From Proteobacteria bacterium bin106 (GTDB taxonomy: Bacteria; Bdellovibrionota_B; Oligoflexia; Oligoflexales; Bin106), in NCBI GenBank assembly GCA_002238945.1, contig MPNI01000012.1:2805-66804 (forward strand): a stretch of 64,000 bases of DNA, read 5' to 3'. Position 1 is the stretch's first letter. Every line of letters starts with the position of its first letter. Shown here one piece after another: positions 1 to 14,227 of the stretch. The position numbers and the translations under genes are program-made. A model generated the notes under the pieces. That model did no database searches. It worked only from the letters and a program-made list of their open reading frames with translations, and had not been told where the DNA came from.

Positions 1-449
<449 letters not shown>

Positions 450-566
450 TTATATCCTTTTGCTGTGCTATTTCTCAAATACTGTTAGTTAATCAAGCTT
501 TTTATAAACTTCCTTACAGACTTACTTACAAACTCTCTTACAGACTCTCTTACACCTTTTGACTCA

Positions 567-609
567 AGCTTTTCTTACATAGCTTTTCTTACATAGCTTT
601 TTCTTATAT
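567..609. repeat. Short tandem repeat, AGCTTTTCTTACAT x3
   Basis: Read directly in the rpsL-rpsG spacer. Confidence 0.85.
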
Positions 610-645
610 ACCGTTTCTTAAACACACAATCATCATCATGAATGC

Positions 646-1023
646 TTACGTTTTCTTTGGCTTAGAAGCACCATATTTACTATGACCCTGCTTACGGTCC
701 TTCACTCCCTGGCAATCCAAACTGCCCCGTACAATATGATAACGTACCCCCGGCAAATCCTTGACCTTACCACCACGCACCAACACCACACTATGCTCTT
801 GAAGATTATGGCCCTCACCACCAATATAAGCTGTCACCTCAGTACCGTTAGTCAAACGGACCCGTGCCACCTTACGTAAAGCCGAATTCGGCTTTTTCGG
901 TGTGGTGGTATAAACACGTACACAAACACCACGCTTTTGCGGGTTTTTATCCAAAGCTGGAGCCGGTGATTTAGCACTAAATCGTCGACGACGATGCCTA
1001 ATTAACTGATTGATCGTGGGCAT
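646..1023 (-). CDS. rpsL: 30S ribosomal protein S12
   Basis: MPTINQL..., [42 protein letters not shown]. Confidence 0.99.
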   Translation of the reverse strand: MPTINQLIRHRRRRFSAKSPAPALDKNPQKRGVCVRVYTTTPKKPNSALRKVARVRLTNGTEVTAYIGGEGHNLQEHSVVLVRGGKVKDLPGVRYHIVRGSLDCQGVKDRKQGHSKYGASKPKKT

Positions 1024-1459
1024 AAACGCAAAACTTCCTTTAATAATTTCTTTGACATCGCTAGCTAAATAGTCACTTAAATGTGCTGTATTTCAAACTC
1101 GTTGTGCTGTTCTTCTCTTATTTTCTTTTTCTGGTTATGTGACTCTTTCTGGTTCTTTATTGTGACACTGTTTGTGAGACTGTGTATTTCCCAGCTACTT
1201 ATCCATCTAACACATCCATCTCATAAAACATATCTCATAACAAGCACATCATAGAGAACCAAGTGCAGATCAGCATAACAAAGGGAACGACTATATTCAA
1301 TATAGGAATCGTATAGAAATTGTTATTTCTTCTTTTTATATTCTTAATTCCTTAATTCCTTAATTCCTTACTTACTTCTTCTTGTAACGTGTTTCTATGA
1401 GTTATTGTATGTGTTTATCTACATTGTTTATTTCCAGTGTCCTATAATCACATCCCATA

Positions 1460-4400
1460 TTAACTTACAGGTTCTTTAACCCTGACTTTTGATTTAGCTG
1501 ACTTAGCTCCTTTAGGAGCTTTTGTTGCTGATTTCTGTGTTTTTTTAGGTTTTGGCTCTGTATTCAAAACTTCATCATCTTCTACCATGTCATCACTCAC
1601 CACAGCACGTAAACCACGATAATGATCACTTCCCGTACCAGCAGGAATCAAACGCCCCATAATGACATTTTCCTTCAAACCACGTAATCTATCCACCTTG
1701 CAATTGATCGATACCTCAGTGAGAACTTTGGTGGTTTCTTGGAAAGAGGCCGCAGATATAAACGAATCTGTGGATAAAGCTGCTTTGGTGATACCTAACA
1801 ACACAGGCTCCCATTGTACAACCATTTTCCCTTCACCTGTAAGCCTATCATTAAGATCCATCACATAACGTCGTGATACACTGTCACCTGACAATAAACG
1901 AGAATCACCAGGATCAACTACCCGTACCCGGCGTAACATCTGACGAACAATCACTTCAATGTGCTTATCGTTGATCTTCACACCCTGCAGACGATACACC
2001 TCTTGAATCTCATGAATCAAGAAATTCGCCAAAGCAATATCACCTAAAACCTCTAGAATCTCATGAGGATTAGCAGCACCATCCACCAAGTCATCACCCT
2101 TTCGAACATAGTCACCTTTTTGACATAAAAGATGACGACCCTTGGCTAACTGATACACCTCTTCTCTACCATCATCACCCGTTAAGATGACCTTACGTTT
2201 ACCCCCCTTGGTATCATCACCAAAAGATATGGTTCCATCAAATTTAGCCATAGTTGAAACAACTTTAGGCGTTCTCGCCTCAAACAGATCCGCCACACGC
2301 GGTAAACCACCAGTAATATCCTTGGTTTTAGAAGTTTCTCGAGGAATTTTGGCTAAAATATCACCAGCCTTCACTGCCACACCATCAGCAACATTGATGG
2401 TACAACCATAAGGCAAACTATAAACGCCCTGACGACCAGATGATTGGGCAATCAACTCACCATCTTTATCCACCAGCTCTAACGCAGGCTTCAAAGACAC
2501 ACCCTTCACCTCTTTGACAATCTTACGTGTCATAAAAGTGACTTCGTCCACATGCTCCTCTAAAGAACGACCACCCACTAGATCACGGTAACGCACCAAA
2601 CCCTCAGTTTCAGCAATAATCGGTGATGCAAAAGGATCCCATTCACCCAATCGATCACCAGCTTTCACCTCCTGGCCATCCACCACCGAAAGCACCGTGC
2701 CATAACTCATGGGGTACACATCACGTAAAGTACCCTGCACATCAAATAATTGGATCTCACCATTGCGTGATAACACCACAAGACGACCACTGGTACCTGC
2801 AACAGAACGAACGTTTTTGAATTTTAAAACACCCGAAAAACGACATTCCACTGTGGAATTCTCAACTTTATGACTCACCGCACCACCAAAGTGGAACGTA
2901 CGCATAGTCAATTGCGTTCCAGGCTCACCAATGGATTGAGCCGCAATCACACCCACAGCTTCACCAATATCCACTAACTTGCCACGAGATAAATCACGAC
3001 CATAACATAAAGCACAAAAACCCTCACGCTGATCACAGGTAAGGACAGATCGTACCTCAACCTCTTCCACACCCGAACTGTGGATCTTGTGACACAAATC
3101 TTCTGTGAGAAGCTCATTCCGTGAAGCAATCACCTCACCTGTGGCAAGATCCTTGACATCATGCACCAATACCCTACCCAATATCCGTTCTTGCAAAGAT
3201 ACCTTCACATCACTGCCATCACGCACAGCCGACAATTTAATGCCTTTGGTGGTACCACAATCATGATCACGGATAATGGCATCTTGTGCCACATCAACCA
3301 ATCTACGTGTCAGATATCCCGAACGTGCCGTTTTCAAAGCCGTATCCGCAAGTCCTTTACGTGCACCATGGGTTGAAATAAAATAATCCAACACCGAAAG
3401 TCCTTCACGCAAATTCGCTGTAATGGGTGTTTCAATAATGTCACCAGAAGGACGTGACATCAAGCCACGCATACCCGCCAACTGACGAATCTGATTGGTT
3501 GAACCCCGCGCACCCGAATCAGCCATCATAAAAATACTGTTATCCGATGGTACTGTGTGTGTCTTGCCTTTTTTATCCTTCACTTCCATAGAAGCAATAC
3601 CCACAATCATCTCATCAGCAATGTTCTCTGAAACCTTAGCCCAAATATCCACCGCCTTGTTATAACGCTCACCTTCCGTAAGCAACCCCTCAGAATACTG
3701 CTCACGAATTTTCTTGATCTCATCAAACGCCTTATCTAAAAGTCTTTGCTTACTCTTAGGAACAATCATATCGCTAATAGAAATGGAAAGCCCACCCTTG
3801 GTGGAATAACGATAACCAATGGCACGCAAAGCATCCGCCACCAAAGCCGTTTGCTTAATACCACACAAACGATGCACCGAATCAATCAATGCACCCAACT
3901 GCTTCTTGCCAAGCACCTGGTTGTAATACTCAAAAGGAACCTCAGCTGGAATAATCTCTGACAGCAATGCACGACCCACCGTGGTTTTAACATAACCCAA
4001 ACGATGATGCCGCACAGTTACCGGAGCCTGCAAACCAACATTGTTATGATCATAAGCCACCCGCACTTCCTCAAGAGAACAGAAAGTAGCATAAGCTCCA
4101 GGATCAGAAACATCCTCACGAGTCAGATAATAAAGACCCAAAACAATATCCTGAGAAGGCACAATCACCGGTGCCCCAGAAGCAGGAGAAAATAAATTGT
4201 TCGTGGACATCATCAACACCCGAGCTTCCATCTGAGCCTCAATGGATAATGGCACATGAACCGCCATCTGATCACCATCAAAGTCAGCATTAAAAGCAAA
4301 ACACACCAAAGGATGCAAACGAATAGCTTTGCCCTCAATCAATACCGGCTCAAAAGCCTGAATACCCAAACGATGTAAAGTAGGAGCACGGTTAAGCAAT

Positions 4401-5692
4401 ACCGGATGCTCTTTAGTCACCTCCTCAAGAACATCCCATACCTCAGCACGCTCTTTTTCCACAAGCTTCTTAGCTGATTTAATCGTAGAAATAATGCCCT
4501 TTTCTTCAAGCTTGCAATACAAAAACGGCTTAAATAACTCAATAGCCATCTTCTTAGGCAAACCACATTGATGCAATTTCAATTCAGGACCAACCACAAT
4601 CACAGAACGCCCCGAATAATCCACTCGCTTACCTAAAAGATTCTGACGGAAACGCCCCTGCTTACCTTTAAGAAAGTCCGTAAGGGAACGTAAAGGGCGC
4701 TTATTAGGACCTGTAAAAACTTTACCTCGTCGCCCGTTATCAAAAAGAGCATCCACCGATTCCTGTAACATACGTTTTTCATTACGCACAATAATATCTG
4801 GTGCGTTTAATTCCATTAAACGCAACAAACGATTATTACGATTGATCACTCGCCGGTAAAGATCATTCAGATCAGAAGTGGCAAAACGCCCCCCCTCAAG
4901 AGGGACCAAAGGACGTACATCTGGAGGAAGAACCGGAATCACTTCCAACATCATCCACTCAGGTCTCACAAGAAATTTGCCATTCTCATCAGAACGCGTA
5001 AAAGCTTCCACAATTTTAATACGCTTCTGCAAACGCTTACGAGCCGCATCAGAAGTAGCTGTAGCCAGCTCTTCACGAAGATCAACTTCTAAATCATCTA
5101 CTCTCAATCCCTTGAGAAGCTCAAGAATAGCCTCAGCGCCACTGCCCACACGAAAGGTGCCACCGCCAAGATCCATAAGCTTCTCATCATAGTCCTCTTC
5201 GCTCAGGACCTGACTTCTCTCTAAACCCGTCACCAAAGGATCACCAGGATCAAGCACCACAAACGCTTCACCGTAAAGGATACGCTCCACCTGCTTAAGC
5301 TGAATATCAAGCAAACCGCCAATACGCGAAGGAAGAGATTTAAGAAACCAAATATGAGCCACAGGAGCCGCTAAATTAATATGCCCCAATCTCTCTCGAC
5401 GCACTTTAGAATGAATCACCTCCACACCGCATTTATCACAAACAATACCGCGATGCTTCATGCGCTTGTATTTACCACAAATACACTCAAAATCTCTTAC
5501 AGGGCCAAATATTCTCGCACAAAACAAACCATCTCGTTCCGGCTTAAATGTTCGGTAATTGATGGTTTCTGGCTTCTTTACTTCCCCATATGACCAACTA
5601 CGAATCTTCTCAGGTGAAGCAATGGATATCTTCACTGCAGAAAAATTCAAAGGATCAGAGGGTTTATCAAAAAAATTTAAAAAATCGCCCAA
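1460..5692 (-). CDS. rpoC: DNA-directed RNA polymerase beta' subunit
   Basis: [12 protein letters not shown] catalytic motif, Zn ribbon (CICGKYK...CDKCGVE), [22 protein letters not shown] start. Confidence 0.99.
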   Translation of the reverse strand: MGDFLNFFDKPSDPLNFSAVKISIASPEKIRSWSYGEVKKPETINYRTFKPERDGLFCARIFGPVRDFECICGKYKRMKHRGIVCDKCGVEVIHSKVRRERLGHINLAAPVAHIWFLKSLPSRIGGLLDIQLKQVERILYGEAFVVLDPGDPLVTGLERSQVLSEEDYDEKLMDLGGGTFRVGSGAEAILELLKGLRVDDLEVDLREELATATSDAARKRLQKRIKIVEAFTRSDENGKFLVRPEWMMLEVIPVLPPDVRPLVPLEGGRFATSDLNDLYRRVINRNNRLLRLMELNAPDIIVRNEKRMLQESVDALFDNGRRGKVFTGPNKRPLRSLTDFLKGKQGRFRQNLLGKRVDYSGRSVIVVGPELKLHQCGLPKKMAIELFKPFLYCKLEEKGIISTIKSAKKLVEKERAEVWDVLEEVTKEHPVLLNRAPTLHRLGIQAFEPVLIEGKAIRLHPLVCFAFNADFDGDQMAVHVPLSIEAQMEARVLMMSTNNLFSPASGAPVIVPSQDIVLGLYYLTREDVSDPGAYATFCSLEEVRVAYDHNNVGLQAPVTVRHHRLGYVKTTVGRALLSEIIPAEVPFEYYNQVLGKKQLGALIDSVHRLCGIKQTALVADALRAIGYRYSTKGGLSISISDMIVPKSKQRLLDKAFDEIKKIREQYSEGLLTEGERYNKAVDIWAKVSENIADEMIVGIASMEVKDKKGKTHTVPSDNSIFMMADSGARGSTNQIRQLAGMRGLMSRPSGDIIETPITANLREGLSVLDYFISTHGARKGLADTALKTARSGYLTRRLVDVAQDAIIRDHDCGTTKGIKLSAVRDGSDVKVSLQERILGRVLVHDVKDLATGEVIASRNELLTEDLCHKIHSSGVEEVEVRSVLTCDQREGFCALCYGRDLSRGKLVDIGEAVGVIAAQSIGEPGTQLTMRTFHFGGAVSHKVENSTVECRFSGVLKFKNVRSVAGTSGRLVVLSRNGEIQLFDVQGTLRDVYPMSYGTVLSVVDGQEVKAGDRLGEWDPFASPIIAETEGLVRYRDLVGGRSLEEHVDEVTFMTRKIVKEVKGVSLKPALELVDKDGELIAQSSGRQGVYSLPYGCTINVADGVAVKAGDILAKIPRETSKTKDITGGLPRVADLFEARTPKVVSTMAKFDGTISFGDDTKGGKRKVILTGDDGREEVYQLAKGRHLLCQKGDYVRKGDDLVDGAANPHEILEVLGDIALANFLIHEIQEVYRLQGVKINDKHIEVIVRQMLRRVRVVDPGDSRLLSGDSVSRRYVMDLNDRLTGEGKMVVQWEPVLLGITKAALSTDSFISAASFQETTKVLTEVSINCKVDRLRGLKENVIMGRLIPAGTGSDHYRGLRAVVSDDMVEDDEVLNTEPKPKKTQKSATKAPKGAKSAKSKVRVKEPVS

Positions 5693-5784
5693 AGCCTCAC
5701 CCCTTTTTATCTTGTCTTGTACGTGTGTCCGTATACTAACTTCTATGAGCTACCTGTATGTCTGTCGCTACACTCATGGAGTTT

Positions 5785-5825
5785 TCTCTCAGCTCTCTCA
5801 GTTCTCTCAGTTCTCTCAGTTCTCT
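5785..5825. repeat. Short tandem repeat, TCTCTCAGT x4
   Basis: Read directly in the rpoB-rpoC spacer. Confidence 0.85.
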
Positions 5826-6043
5826 ATCATCATCAGTGTCATCAGTGCCATTAATTCTATAAGTCTATTTAAAATGTAAGATTGTTGTTACTTTATTTCT
5901 CTGTTTCTCTATTTTCTCTGTTTCTTTGATTCTTGTTCTTTAGTCCTGTATCTGTTTTTCAAGCTTATGTCCCGCTTACCAAATATGCATTCTTTACCAG
6001 CCAGTATCACACATCCCCTCTCATACATATAAGATCATGATTG

Positions 6044-9000
6044 TCATGTTGTCGTTGCAGATGCAGATGATTCCTCATCTTTAATCAAACTGATATCCAA
6101 ACCTAAACTCTGCAACTCTTTAATAAGGACATTGAAAGATTCCGGCAAACCTGGAGCCATTTTATTGGTGCCTTTAACAATACTTTCATACATCTGTGTA
6201 CGACCCATAATATCATCTGATTTCACTGTAAGCATCTCTTGAAGAGTATTGGCTGCACCATAAGCCTCCATAGCCCACACCTCCATCTCTCCTAATCTCT
6301 GACCACCAAACTGTGCCTTACCTCCCAAAGGTTGCTGAGTCACAAGAGAATAAGGACCTATAGAGCGGGCATGAATTTTTTCATCTACCAAATGATGCAA
6401 CTTCAATACATACATCACACCCACAGTTACACGGTTGGCAAACATCTCACCGGTCTTGCCATCATACAACTCCACTTTACCATCCGGAGCACAACCAGCT
6501 AATTTCAATGCAGCTTGGATCTCTTCTTCCACCACACCATCAAAAACCGGATTGGCTAAATGCACACCTTCGTGATATTTGCTAATAAAAGCTTTTAATG
6601 CATCATCTGTAGCTGTGGAAAGAAAGTGTTCCATATCATCTTGAACATCATCCGTATCCCAAATAGCTCGACACATTTTTTCTAACTTAGGACGAGAAAA
6701 TGCCTCTTTCATCACCTCATTCAATTGATGACCAAGATTCTTTGCAGCCCAACCCAAATGCGTTTCTAAAATCTGTCCCACATTCATCCGCGATGGTACA
6801 CCTAAAGGATTCAACACCACATCCACCGGACGACCATCAGAGGTATAAGGCATATCTTCTTCAGGAAGAATCATCGATACCACACCTTTGTTACCATGAC
6901 GTCCCGCTACCTTATCACCCACCTGAAGTTTACGCTTAATAGCCACATACACCTTGACCATCTTTATCACCGTGGGAGGAAGCTCATCACCCTTAAGAAG
7001 ACGAGCCAATTGCTCATTGGTAGAAAGCTTAACCTGAGAAATTTTCGATTTAAGATTCTTTAACGTATGCACCAATTGACGATTAGCCGTAGCGTCTTTA
7101 ACAGAAAGCTGATACCAACCATTGATATCCATACCCTCTAGCAATTCATGAGTGATTTCTTCACCTTTTTTAACAACAACGGACTCTTTTGAAGCTCCTT
7201 GCTTAGACTCTTTTTTCTTAACAATCTTCTTAACAGCCTTAGTAACAGCCTTAGTAGTGGTATTCTTAGCTGGCTTATCAGCTGGAGACTTAACCGCCAA
7301 CTTACGGCCCTTAGCTAACGCCCGTGAAGCACTATAGATATTTTCTGCTACCGACATGCCACCAGCTAATTTCATAATCTGACGCATGGCTGAATCTTTG
7401 ATAATGGCAATACGATCAGCATCATCTTTGCGTATTTTTTCGGCTTCCTCTTTTTGAATCATCAAAGAGCGAGCATCCGGCTCCACCCCTTCACGAGAAA
7501 AGATCTTCGCACCAATAACCGTTCCCTTTACACCCGATGGCACCCTCAGTGAAGTATCACGTACATCACCCGCTTTATCACCAAAAACCGCACGTAACAG
7601 TTTTTCTTCAGGAGAAAGCTGTGTTTCTCCTTTAGGTGTGATTTTTCCCACCAAGATATCACCACTCCTCACTTCCGCACCAATAACCACCACGCCGCTT
7701 TCATCAAGATTCTTCAGAGCCTCCTCGCCCACATTGGGAATATCACAGGTGATTTCCTCTTGACCTAACTTGGTATCACGAGCCACACATTCCAATTCTT
7801 GAATATGCACAGATGTGTAAAGATCCTCTTTAACCACACGCTCAGACATCAGGATGGAATCTTCAAAGTTGTAACCATTCCATGGCATAAAAGCCACAGT
7901 AACGTTTTGTCCAAGAGCTAGCTCTCCCATCTCTGTACCAAAGCCATCAGCAATGATGTCACCAGAACGCACCCGATCACCCACATGAACAATGGGCTTT
8001 TGATTGATACATGTATCCAAGTTTGATCTACGATATTTTTTTAACGTATAAATATCCACATCCGCACCCACATCAAAAACCTCAACCACATCACTTTTTG
8101 AGGGTTTGGATTCTGGCTCTGATAAGGCTTGATCACTCACATGCTCTTCTGTTTTAACCACAATACGCTCAGCGTCTACACTCATCACCACCCCATCACG
8201 CTTACTGACAACGGTAGCGCCAGAGTCACGAGCCACAACCTTTTCCATCCCCGTACCAATTAAAGGAGCACGGGTTTTAATAAGAGGCACAGCTTGACGC
8301 ATCATGTTAGAGCCCATTAAAGCACGGTTAGCATCATTGTTTTGCAAAAACGGGATCAAAGCTGCAGCAACAGAAATCAACTGCCCAGCACCCACATCCG
8401 AAAGATCCGCTTCCTCAACACGTACCGTTTCTGTTTCCCAAGAACGTCGCGCTACCGTATATTCACCAGGTTTTTCACCTTTTTTCAGCTTAGGAGAAGC
8501 CTGAGTGATCACATGGCCACGATGCTCCTCAGCAGCCGAATAATACTTCACCGAATTGTCAGAAAGATTGCGATAAGGTGTTTCAATGAAACCATTATCA
8601 TTCACACGAGCATAAGAGGCCAAAGAACAAATCAAGCCAATATTTGGTCCCTCAGGCGTTTCCACAGGACATATACGACCATAATGAGTGTCATGAACAT
8701 CACGCACCTCAAAACCCGCACGCTCTCGAGAAAGCCCTCCAGGCCCTAAGGCAGAAAGACGACGCTTATGAGTCACCTCAGAGAGAGGATTGGTTTGATC
8801 CATAAATTGCGATAACTGAGAACTACCAAAAAATTCTTTAATCACAGCAGATGCTGGCTTGTTATTGATGAAATCATGAGGCAATAAAATATTCACATCA
8901 GAAAGCTGCAATCTCTCACGAATAGCCCTTTCTACACGCAACACACCGATACGATACTGATTTTCAAGAAGCTCTCCCACCGCACGCACACGACGATTGC

Positions 9001-10378
9001 TCAAACTATCAATATCATCACCGTCCTCTGAACGGATTTTCATATCCAACAAAATCTTAACTGTTTGAACAATATCTTCTCGTGATAAAGTCCGGTGATC
9101 CTCGTCAATCTCCAAACCAAGACGCTCATTGAGCTTTGCTCGACCCACATTAGAAAGATCATAACGCGAGCTATCAAAAAACAACCCATTAAACAACGCT
9201 TCTGCCGGCTCAATGGTTGGAGATTCACCAGGACGAATACGACGATATATCTCTAGAATAGCCTGCTCTCTAGCACCTTCATCAGCAATCTTATCAGCCA
9301 TCAAAGTATTGCGAAATGTATGATCCACATTCACACCATCGATACTCAATACTTTGAATTTTTTAACTTGAGCCTCGATAATCGCAGTCACATGAAGTTC
9401 ATCAAGCTCGGTATTAACAGGAACAATCTCCTCACCGGTTTTTTTATCTACAACTGCCTCAGCAACCACCTGCCCCACAAGTTCTGCATCACTGAGCTTT
9501 AACTCCACAATACCGAGCTCTTTAAGCTTTTTCATCATCGCCACAGTAATACGACGATTTTTCTTCACAATCACCTTACCACTTGCAGGATCTACAAAAT
9601 CCTGAGAAGCCTTCTGACCTCGCATCAAATCAATATTGAGCTTTTTGTAAAAATCATTTTTTTTATAAGTGATCTCATCTTTATCATAGAAAATATCCAA
9701 AAGATCTGAACTCGAATAACCCAAAGCTTTCAATAAAATCGTGGCATGCAATTTACGACGTCTATCAATGCGTACATATAAGATATCCTTGCTATCAAAC
9801 TCAAAATCCAACCAACTACCACGATAGGGAATAATCCGCGCTGTATAGATGAGTTTTCCAGAAGACAACCCCTTACCACGATCATGATCAAAAAACACCC
9901 CAGATGAACGATGCAGCTGGGATACAATCACTCTCTCAATACCATTGATAATGAATGTGCCATTATCTGTCATGAGAGGAATGGCACCAAAAAAGACTTC
10001 TTGTTCTTTCACATCACGAATGGTTTTTTTATCCGTAGATTTATCCACCTCCCAAATAACCAAACGAATCACCACTTTCAATGGTGCTTCAAAACTCATC
10101 CCCCGCTGACGACATTGCCCCTCAGAATATTTAGGAGCATCAAAGGAATACTCCACAAATTCCACAGAAGCATTATCCGAGAAATCGGTTACAGGAAAAA
10201 CCGAACGAAACACCCCTTGCAAGCCCATATCTTTACGCTTTGATGGCGCAACATCCATTTGCAGAAATTTTTTGTAACTGTTTTTTTGAATCTCAATAAG
10301 ATAGGGTAGATCTATGGACAGAGGGATTTTTTGATAATGCTTACGCATTCGCATATAAGAAGCATCAAGCGTGGTCAT
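6044..10378 (-). CDS. rpoB: DNA-directed RNA polymerase beta subunit
   Basis: [50 protein letters not shown]; start moved to ATG 10378 (MTTLDASY), which follows GGAG. Confidence 0.99.
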   Translation of the reverse strand: MTTLDASYMRMRKHYQKIPLSIDLPYLIEIQKNSYKKFLQMDVAPSKRKDMGLQGVFRSVFPVTDFSDNASVEFVEYSFDAPKYSEGQCRQRGMSFEAPLKVVIRLVIWEVDKSTDKKTIRDVKEQEVFFGAIPLMTDNGTFIINGIERVIVSQLHRSSGVFFDHDRGKGLSSGKLIYTARIIPYRGSWLDFEFDSKDILYVRIDRRRKLHATILLKALGYSSSDLLDIFYDKDEITYKKNDFYKKLNIDLMRGQKASQDFVDPASGKVIVKKNRRITVAMMKKLKELGIVELKLSDAELVGQVVAEAVVDKKTGEEIVPVNTELDELHVTAIIEAQVKKFKVLSIDGVNVDHTFRNTLMADKIADEGAREQAILEIYRRIRPGESPTIEPAEALFNGLFFDSSRYDLSNVGRAKLNERLGLEIDEDHRTLSREDIVQTVKILLDMKIRSEDGDDIDSLSNRRVRAVGELLENQYRIGVLRVERAIRERLQLSDVNILLPHDFINNKPASAVIKEFFGSSQLSQFMDQTNPLSEVTHKRRLSALGPGGLSRERAGFEVRDVHDTHYGRICPVETPEGPNIGLICSLASYARVNDNGFIETPYRNLSDNSVKYYSAAEEHRGHVITQASPKLKKGEKPGEYTVARRSWETETVRVEEADLSDVGAGQLISVAAALIPFLQNNDANRALMGSNMMRQAVPLIKTRAPLIGTGMEKVVARDSGATVVSKRDGVVMSVDAERIVVKTEEHVSDQALSEPESKPSKSDVVEVFDVGADVDIYTLKKYRRSNLDTCINQKPIVHVGDRVRSGDIIADGFGTEMGELALGQNVTVAFMPWNGYNFEDSILMSERVVKEDLYTSVHIQELECVARDTKLGQEEITCDIPNVGEEALKNLDESGVVVIGAEVRSGDILVGKITPKGETQLSPEEKLLRAVFGDKAGDVRDTSLRVPSGVKGTVIGAKIFSREGVEPDARSLMIQKEEAEKIRKDDADRIAIIKDSAMRQIMKLAGGMSVAENIYSASRALAKGRKLAVKSPADKPAKNTTTKAVTKAVKKIVKKKESKQGASKESVVVKKGEEITHELLEGMDINGWYQLSVKDATANRQLVHTLKNLKSKISQVKLSTNEQLARLLKGDELPPTVIKMVKVYVAIKRKLQVGDKVAGRHGNKGVVSMILPEEDMPYTSDGRPVDVVLNPLGVPSRMNVGQILETHLGWAAKNLGHQLNEVMKEAFSRPKLEKMCRAIWDTDDVQDDMEHFLSTATDDALKAFISKYHEGVHLANPVFDGVVEEEIQAALKLAGCAPDGKVELYDGKTGEMFANRVTVGVMYVLKLHHLVDEKIHARSIGPYSLVTQQPLGGKAQFGGQRLGEMEVWAMEAYGAANTLQEMLTVKSDDIMGRTQMYESIVKGTNKMAPGLPESFNVLIKELQSLGLDISLIKDEESSASATTT

Positions 10379-10707
10379 GTAGTACTCCAAAGTAAAGTGT
10401 TGAATACACTTAAACCAACAAAGAGAAAAAAGAGAAGATAGCCAAAACGAAAAAACCATAAAAGCTGCAATGGTCAGTTACATAAGCCCTTAACCCATCA
10501 CAAGCTTTTTTCATCGCCATTTTCTATCGCAACAAATAAGCAATCTCTCACTCAGGTAACCGTACATATACATAGGAAATGAAACGTTTCTGCAAATCTG
10601 TAGATATGGCTCTATTGTATGTATTTTATATTTTTCTTTGTTATAGCTTTTTTATGCATTACTTATATGCATTACTTATAATGTATGAGTTATGCATGAG
10701 AGCTTTA

Positions 10708-10830
10708 TTATGGTTATGAGTTATGGTTATGAGTTATGGTTATGAGTTATGCATGATCATTATGTTTGGTGTGTTTTCGTATTTTTTTTTCATTACAGCT
10801 AGTTTATTACAGCTAGTTTATTACAGCTAG
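10708..10830. repeat. Two short tandem repeats, TTATGGTTATGAG x3 and ATTACAGCTAGTTT x3
   Basis: Read directly in the rplL-rpoB spacer. Confidence 0.85.
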
Positions 10831-10875
10831 CAGCTAACTAGCAATGTAACTGGACATCATACCACTCTCTATTTG

Positions 10876-11256
10876 CTATTTAAGCTCTACCTTAGCACCC
10901 GCTTTTTCAAGAGACTCTTTAATCTTTTCAGCCTCTTCTTTTTTCACAGCTTCTTTCACAACCTTAGGAGCACTTTCCACAAGATCTTTAGCCTCTTTTA
11001 AGCCAAGCCCAGTGACCGTACGTACTTCTTTAACCACATTGATCTTTTTTTCACCCATATTTACCAGCACCACATCAAACTCTGTTTTTTCCTGAGCTGC
11101 TTCCGCCTCACCTCCAGCTCCACCAGCAACTACCGCCATAGGAGCTGCAGCAGAAACACCAAATTTGTCTTCTAGCTCTTTGACTAAATCAGCTGCCTCT
11201 ATCAAGGTGAGATTTTCTAAAAATGTTACAACCTGATCTTTTGTTACCTCTGACAT
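10876..11256 (-). CDS. rplL: 50S ribosomal protein L7/L12
   Basis: [37 protein letters not shown]. Confidence 0.99.
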   Translation of the reverse strand: MSEVTKDQVVTFLENLTLIEAADLVKELEDKFGVSAAAPMAVVAGGAGGEAEAAQEKTEFDVVLVNMGEKKINVVKEVRTVTGLGLKEAKDLVESAPKVVKEAVKKEEAEKIKESLEKAGAKVELK

Positions 11257-11330
11257 ATCCCACTCTCCCCATACCTAACCATCATAAAATGTTTTAACCA
11301 TAACCCAAACACTGCTTTCATCATGCATTC

Positions 11331-11509
11331 ATCACGTATTTATCACGTATTTATCACGTATTCATCACGTATATATAGATAGAAACTGTGTCATATCTCT
11401 TAACACATATATGCTCTTAATATTCACAATATTCACGTCTCTATAGTTATCTATACTCTCTCAGTCATTCTCAGTCATTCTCAGTCATTCTCAGTCATTC
11501 TCAGTCATT
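11331..11509. repeat. Two short tandem repeats, ATCACGTATTY x4 and TCAGTCATTC x5
   Basis: Read directly in the rplJ-rplL spacer. Confidence 0.9.
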
Positions 11510-11607
11510 ATACACTTTCGGCCAAATACCCAACCAACACCACTCAGTCAAATACCCAGATCGTTTATTTTCGTCTGCATCCCGTTACACCAGCAGTTAG
11601 TCACATA

Positions 11608-12141
11608 TCAACTTTTTGTATCTTTAATAGCGTTGATCACACCTACCACATTACGTGGCACACCACTTAGGACATACAACACATTGCGATGAACCCCTAC
11701 CATAGAAGATAACAATTGAGCCATAAGAACCTCCCGAGAAGGCAGTTTGGAGATGGCCTCAAAATCTTTAGCCTCCATCAAAGCCTTGTCACATAATCCA
11801 GCCTTGATCTTAAATTTATCGCTATCTTTCATGAAATCCACTACGGCCTTAGCTGTAGCACCAAGATCACCACGAACATAAATCACACCCAACGGACCTT
11901 GTATATAGTCCAAAAGAACCTCACAACCACTGCCCGATAATTCTGGCGATTGCAAAGCTTTCTTAAATACACGATTTTTAATCACTGTAAAATCACTATC
12001 TACAACTCTCAATTTCCCGCGTAGATCACTCAGAGTAGCCACATCCAATCCCCAATACTCTGCTAAAAACAAAGCATTTACCGCTGAAACATGTCTCTGA
12101 GCATCACGATACATCATCTCTTTTTTTGCACGAGAAATCAT
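11608..12141 (-). CDS. rplJ: 50S ribosomal protein L10
   Basis: LRGKLR..., VIKNRVF, SKLPSREVLMAQLL; between rplA and rplL. Confidence 0.95.
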   Translation of the reverse strand: MISRAKKEMMYRDAQRHVSAVNALFLAEYWGLDVATLSDLRGKLRVVDSDFTVIKNRVFKKALQSPELSGSGCEVLLDYIQGPLGVIYVRGDLGATAKAVVDFMKDSDKFKIKAGLCDKALMEAKDFEAISKLPSREVLMAQLLSSMVGVHRNVLYVLSGVPRNVVGVINAIKDTKS

Positions 12142-12240
12142 CTACCTAATACCTTCTATAACCTAAAACACTCTCTGTAACCCAAAAGGCCTATTAACAA
12201 TATAATAACCGCTCAATACATCACCGAAAAAATGGATAAT

Positions 12241-13131
12241 TTACTTGATCACAGAATCTGTATCTACTTTTACCCCTGGTGACATGGTCGCAGAAACTGT
12301 CACACGCTTAACATAAGTACCCTTAGCAGTTGCTGGCTTAGCACGCATCAAAGCTTCCATCACCGATACAGTATTTTCCACAAGAGCATCAACCTCCATG
12401 CTCACTTTACCCACCGCCACATGAATAATACCAGCCTTCTCTACACGAAACTCCGCACGACCTGCTTTAAATTCATCAATGGCTTGAACCACCTGAGAAG
12501 TAACTGTACCTAACTTAGGATTAGGCATCAATCCACGTGGTCCCAAAACACGACCCAACTTACCCACAAGTCCCATCATATCTGGACTCGCTATCACTTG
12601 ATCAAATTCCAACCAACCACCTTGAATTTTCTCAACAAGATCCGCACCACCCACAGCTACAACATCTTTCTTCGCAGCCTCCATGGCCTTCTCGCCTTTG
12701 GCAAAAACAATAATACGCACCTCTTTACCACGCCCACGAGGCAATGCAGCTACACCACGAACATTCTGATCTACATGACGTGGATCCACCCCAAGATTCA
12801 CAGCAAGTTCCACAGTACTGTCAAAAGACGTATAAGATGTCTCTTTGACAATTTTTAATGCCTCATCTATAGGATACAACTTTTTACGATCCACCAAAGA
12901 TAAAGACTTACGGTACTTTTTACCAAATTTCTTTACAGTAGATGTAGCTGCTGCTTTTGGACGCAACGACCCAGAAAGCGAAGCAGCTTGTTGTGAAGCT
13001 TGCTGACTCGTATCCGCCTGAGCTCCTTGATTACCATCCAGCTGCAACGACTTCAATGAATCAGGCTGCTCTGATGCACTCTCCGCTTCTTGCACAATAA
13101 CATCTTGTTGTGAGTTGCTCTGATCAACCAC
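12241..13131 (-). CDS. rplA: 50S ribosomal protein L1 with ~65-aa N-terminal extension
   Basis: [46 protein letters not shown] start after AGGA. Confidence 0.97.
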   Translation of the reverse strand: MVDQSNSQQDVIVQEAESASEQPDSLKSLQLDGNQGAQADTSQQASQQAASLSGSLRPKAAATSTVKKFGKKYRKSLSLVDRKKLYPIDEALKIVKETSYTSFDSTVELAVNLGVDPRHVDQNVRGVAALPRGRGKEVRIIVFAKGEKAMEAAKKDVVAVGGADLVEKIQGGWLEFDQVIASPDMMGLVGKLGRVLGPRGLMPNPKLGTVTSQVVQAIDEFKAGRAEFRVEKAGIIHVAVGKVSMEVDALVENTVSVMEALMRAKPATAKGTYVKRVTVSATMSPGVKVDTDSVIK

Positions 13132-13254
13132 AGTAATCCTTTATAAATATGTATATATATTTATATATCTAACTTTTACGTATTTTTATACTGACTTATA
13201 CTGATATGTCATTGTTGTTTGTGTATCTCATATATGTAAGTTGTAAGTGGCTTA

Positions 13255-13296
13255 TTTTTTGCTGCTAGTTTTTTGCTGCTAGTTTTTTGCTGCTAG
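13255..13296. repeat. Short tandem repeat, TTTTTTGCTGCTAG x3
   Basis: Read directly in the rplK-rplA spacer. Confidence 0.9.
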
Positions 13297-13328
13297 TTTT
13301 TTTGTTATGAGTATGAATATCCTTAAAG

Positions 13329-13751
13329 CTAGCTCTTCACAGTTATTCCCATAGACTTTGCAGTACCTATAATACTCTTTGCTGCAGCATCTATGGTTAT
13401 AGCATTTAAATCTTCTAATTTTGTCTCAGCTATCTTTTCCACCTGTTCCATAGAAACACTTCCCACCACTGTAGGAGGGGTTTGAGAACCCTTATCCAAT
13501 CCTGCTGCTTTTAGCAACAACACCGATGCAGGAGGAGACTTGGTAACGAAACTAAAAGATTTATCATTATACACCGTAATAACGGTCGGTAAGATATCAC
13601 CTGCCTGCTTTTGAGTTTTTGCATTAAATTCTTGACAAAACCCCATAATATTCACACCTCTTTGACCTAAAGCAGGACCAATAGGAGGTGCTGGATTGGC
13701 TTTACCGGCAGGAATTTGAAGCTTTATATAGCCAGCAATTTTCTTAGACAT
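13329..13751 (-). CDS. rplK: 50S ribosomal protein L11
   Basis: [39 protein letters not shown]. Confidence 0.99.
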   Translation of the reverse strand: MSKKIAGYIKLQIPAGKANPAPPIGPALGQRGVNIMGFCQEFNAKTQKQAGDILPTVITVYNDKSFSFVTKSPPASVLLLKAAGLDKGSQTPPTVVGSVSMEQVEKIAETKLEDLNAITIDAAAKSIIGTAKSMGITVKS

Positions 13752-14058
13752 ACCTAGCTGTTCTTTTGTTGTGTTTTGTTAGGTTGGTAGTACTACCTGA
13801 AAATATCTTTTATAATCTTTTTATGAAAATTTATGACACGTTTTCATCACAAAGAAGCCAACTCTTTATAACTTTTATAACTTTTATAACTTATAACGCC
13901 ATAACGAATCATCACAAATACCATCACATTCGTGATATGATCTCACACTCTCGCTCAACCACACTCACATACTCTCTATACTTACCATTCCAATTCTCTA
14001 TTCCGATTCTCCATATCCATACCCATACTTGCCCAAGACACAGACGCGTAAAGGGATA

Positions 14059-14087
14059 ACATTATCAAGGCGCAAATCACAAGTCAA
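14059..14087 (-). promoter_or_regulatory. Putative sigma70 promoter of the rplKAJL operon
   Basis: Minus strand TTGACT-N17-TAATGT between nusG and rplK. Confidence 0.55.
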
Positions 14088-14096
14088 GTACTTATT

Positions 14097-14176
14097 TTTT
14101 CAAAAGCTAGTTTCAAGAGCTAGTTTCAAGAGCTAGTTTCAAGAGCTAGTTTCAAGAGCTAGTTTCGAAAGCTAGC
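14097..14176. repeat. Short tandem repeat, AAGAGCTAGTTTC x5-6
   Basis: Read directly in the nusG-rplK spacer. Confidence 0.9.
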
Positions 14177-14227
14177 ACGAAAAGAATCACACCCTACACT
14201 TTCTCATATCATTATCTAAAATCTTAT

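Noticed and set aside
1662..10243. Many short ORFs inside rpoB and rpoC
   Set aside because: Shadow ORFs of long conserved genes with no recognisable motifs. The same applies to those overlapping tuf, fadE, hemL and others.
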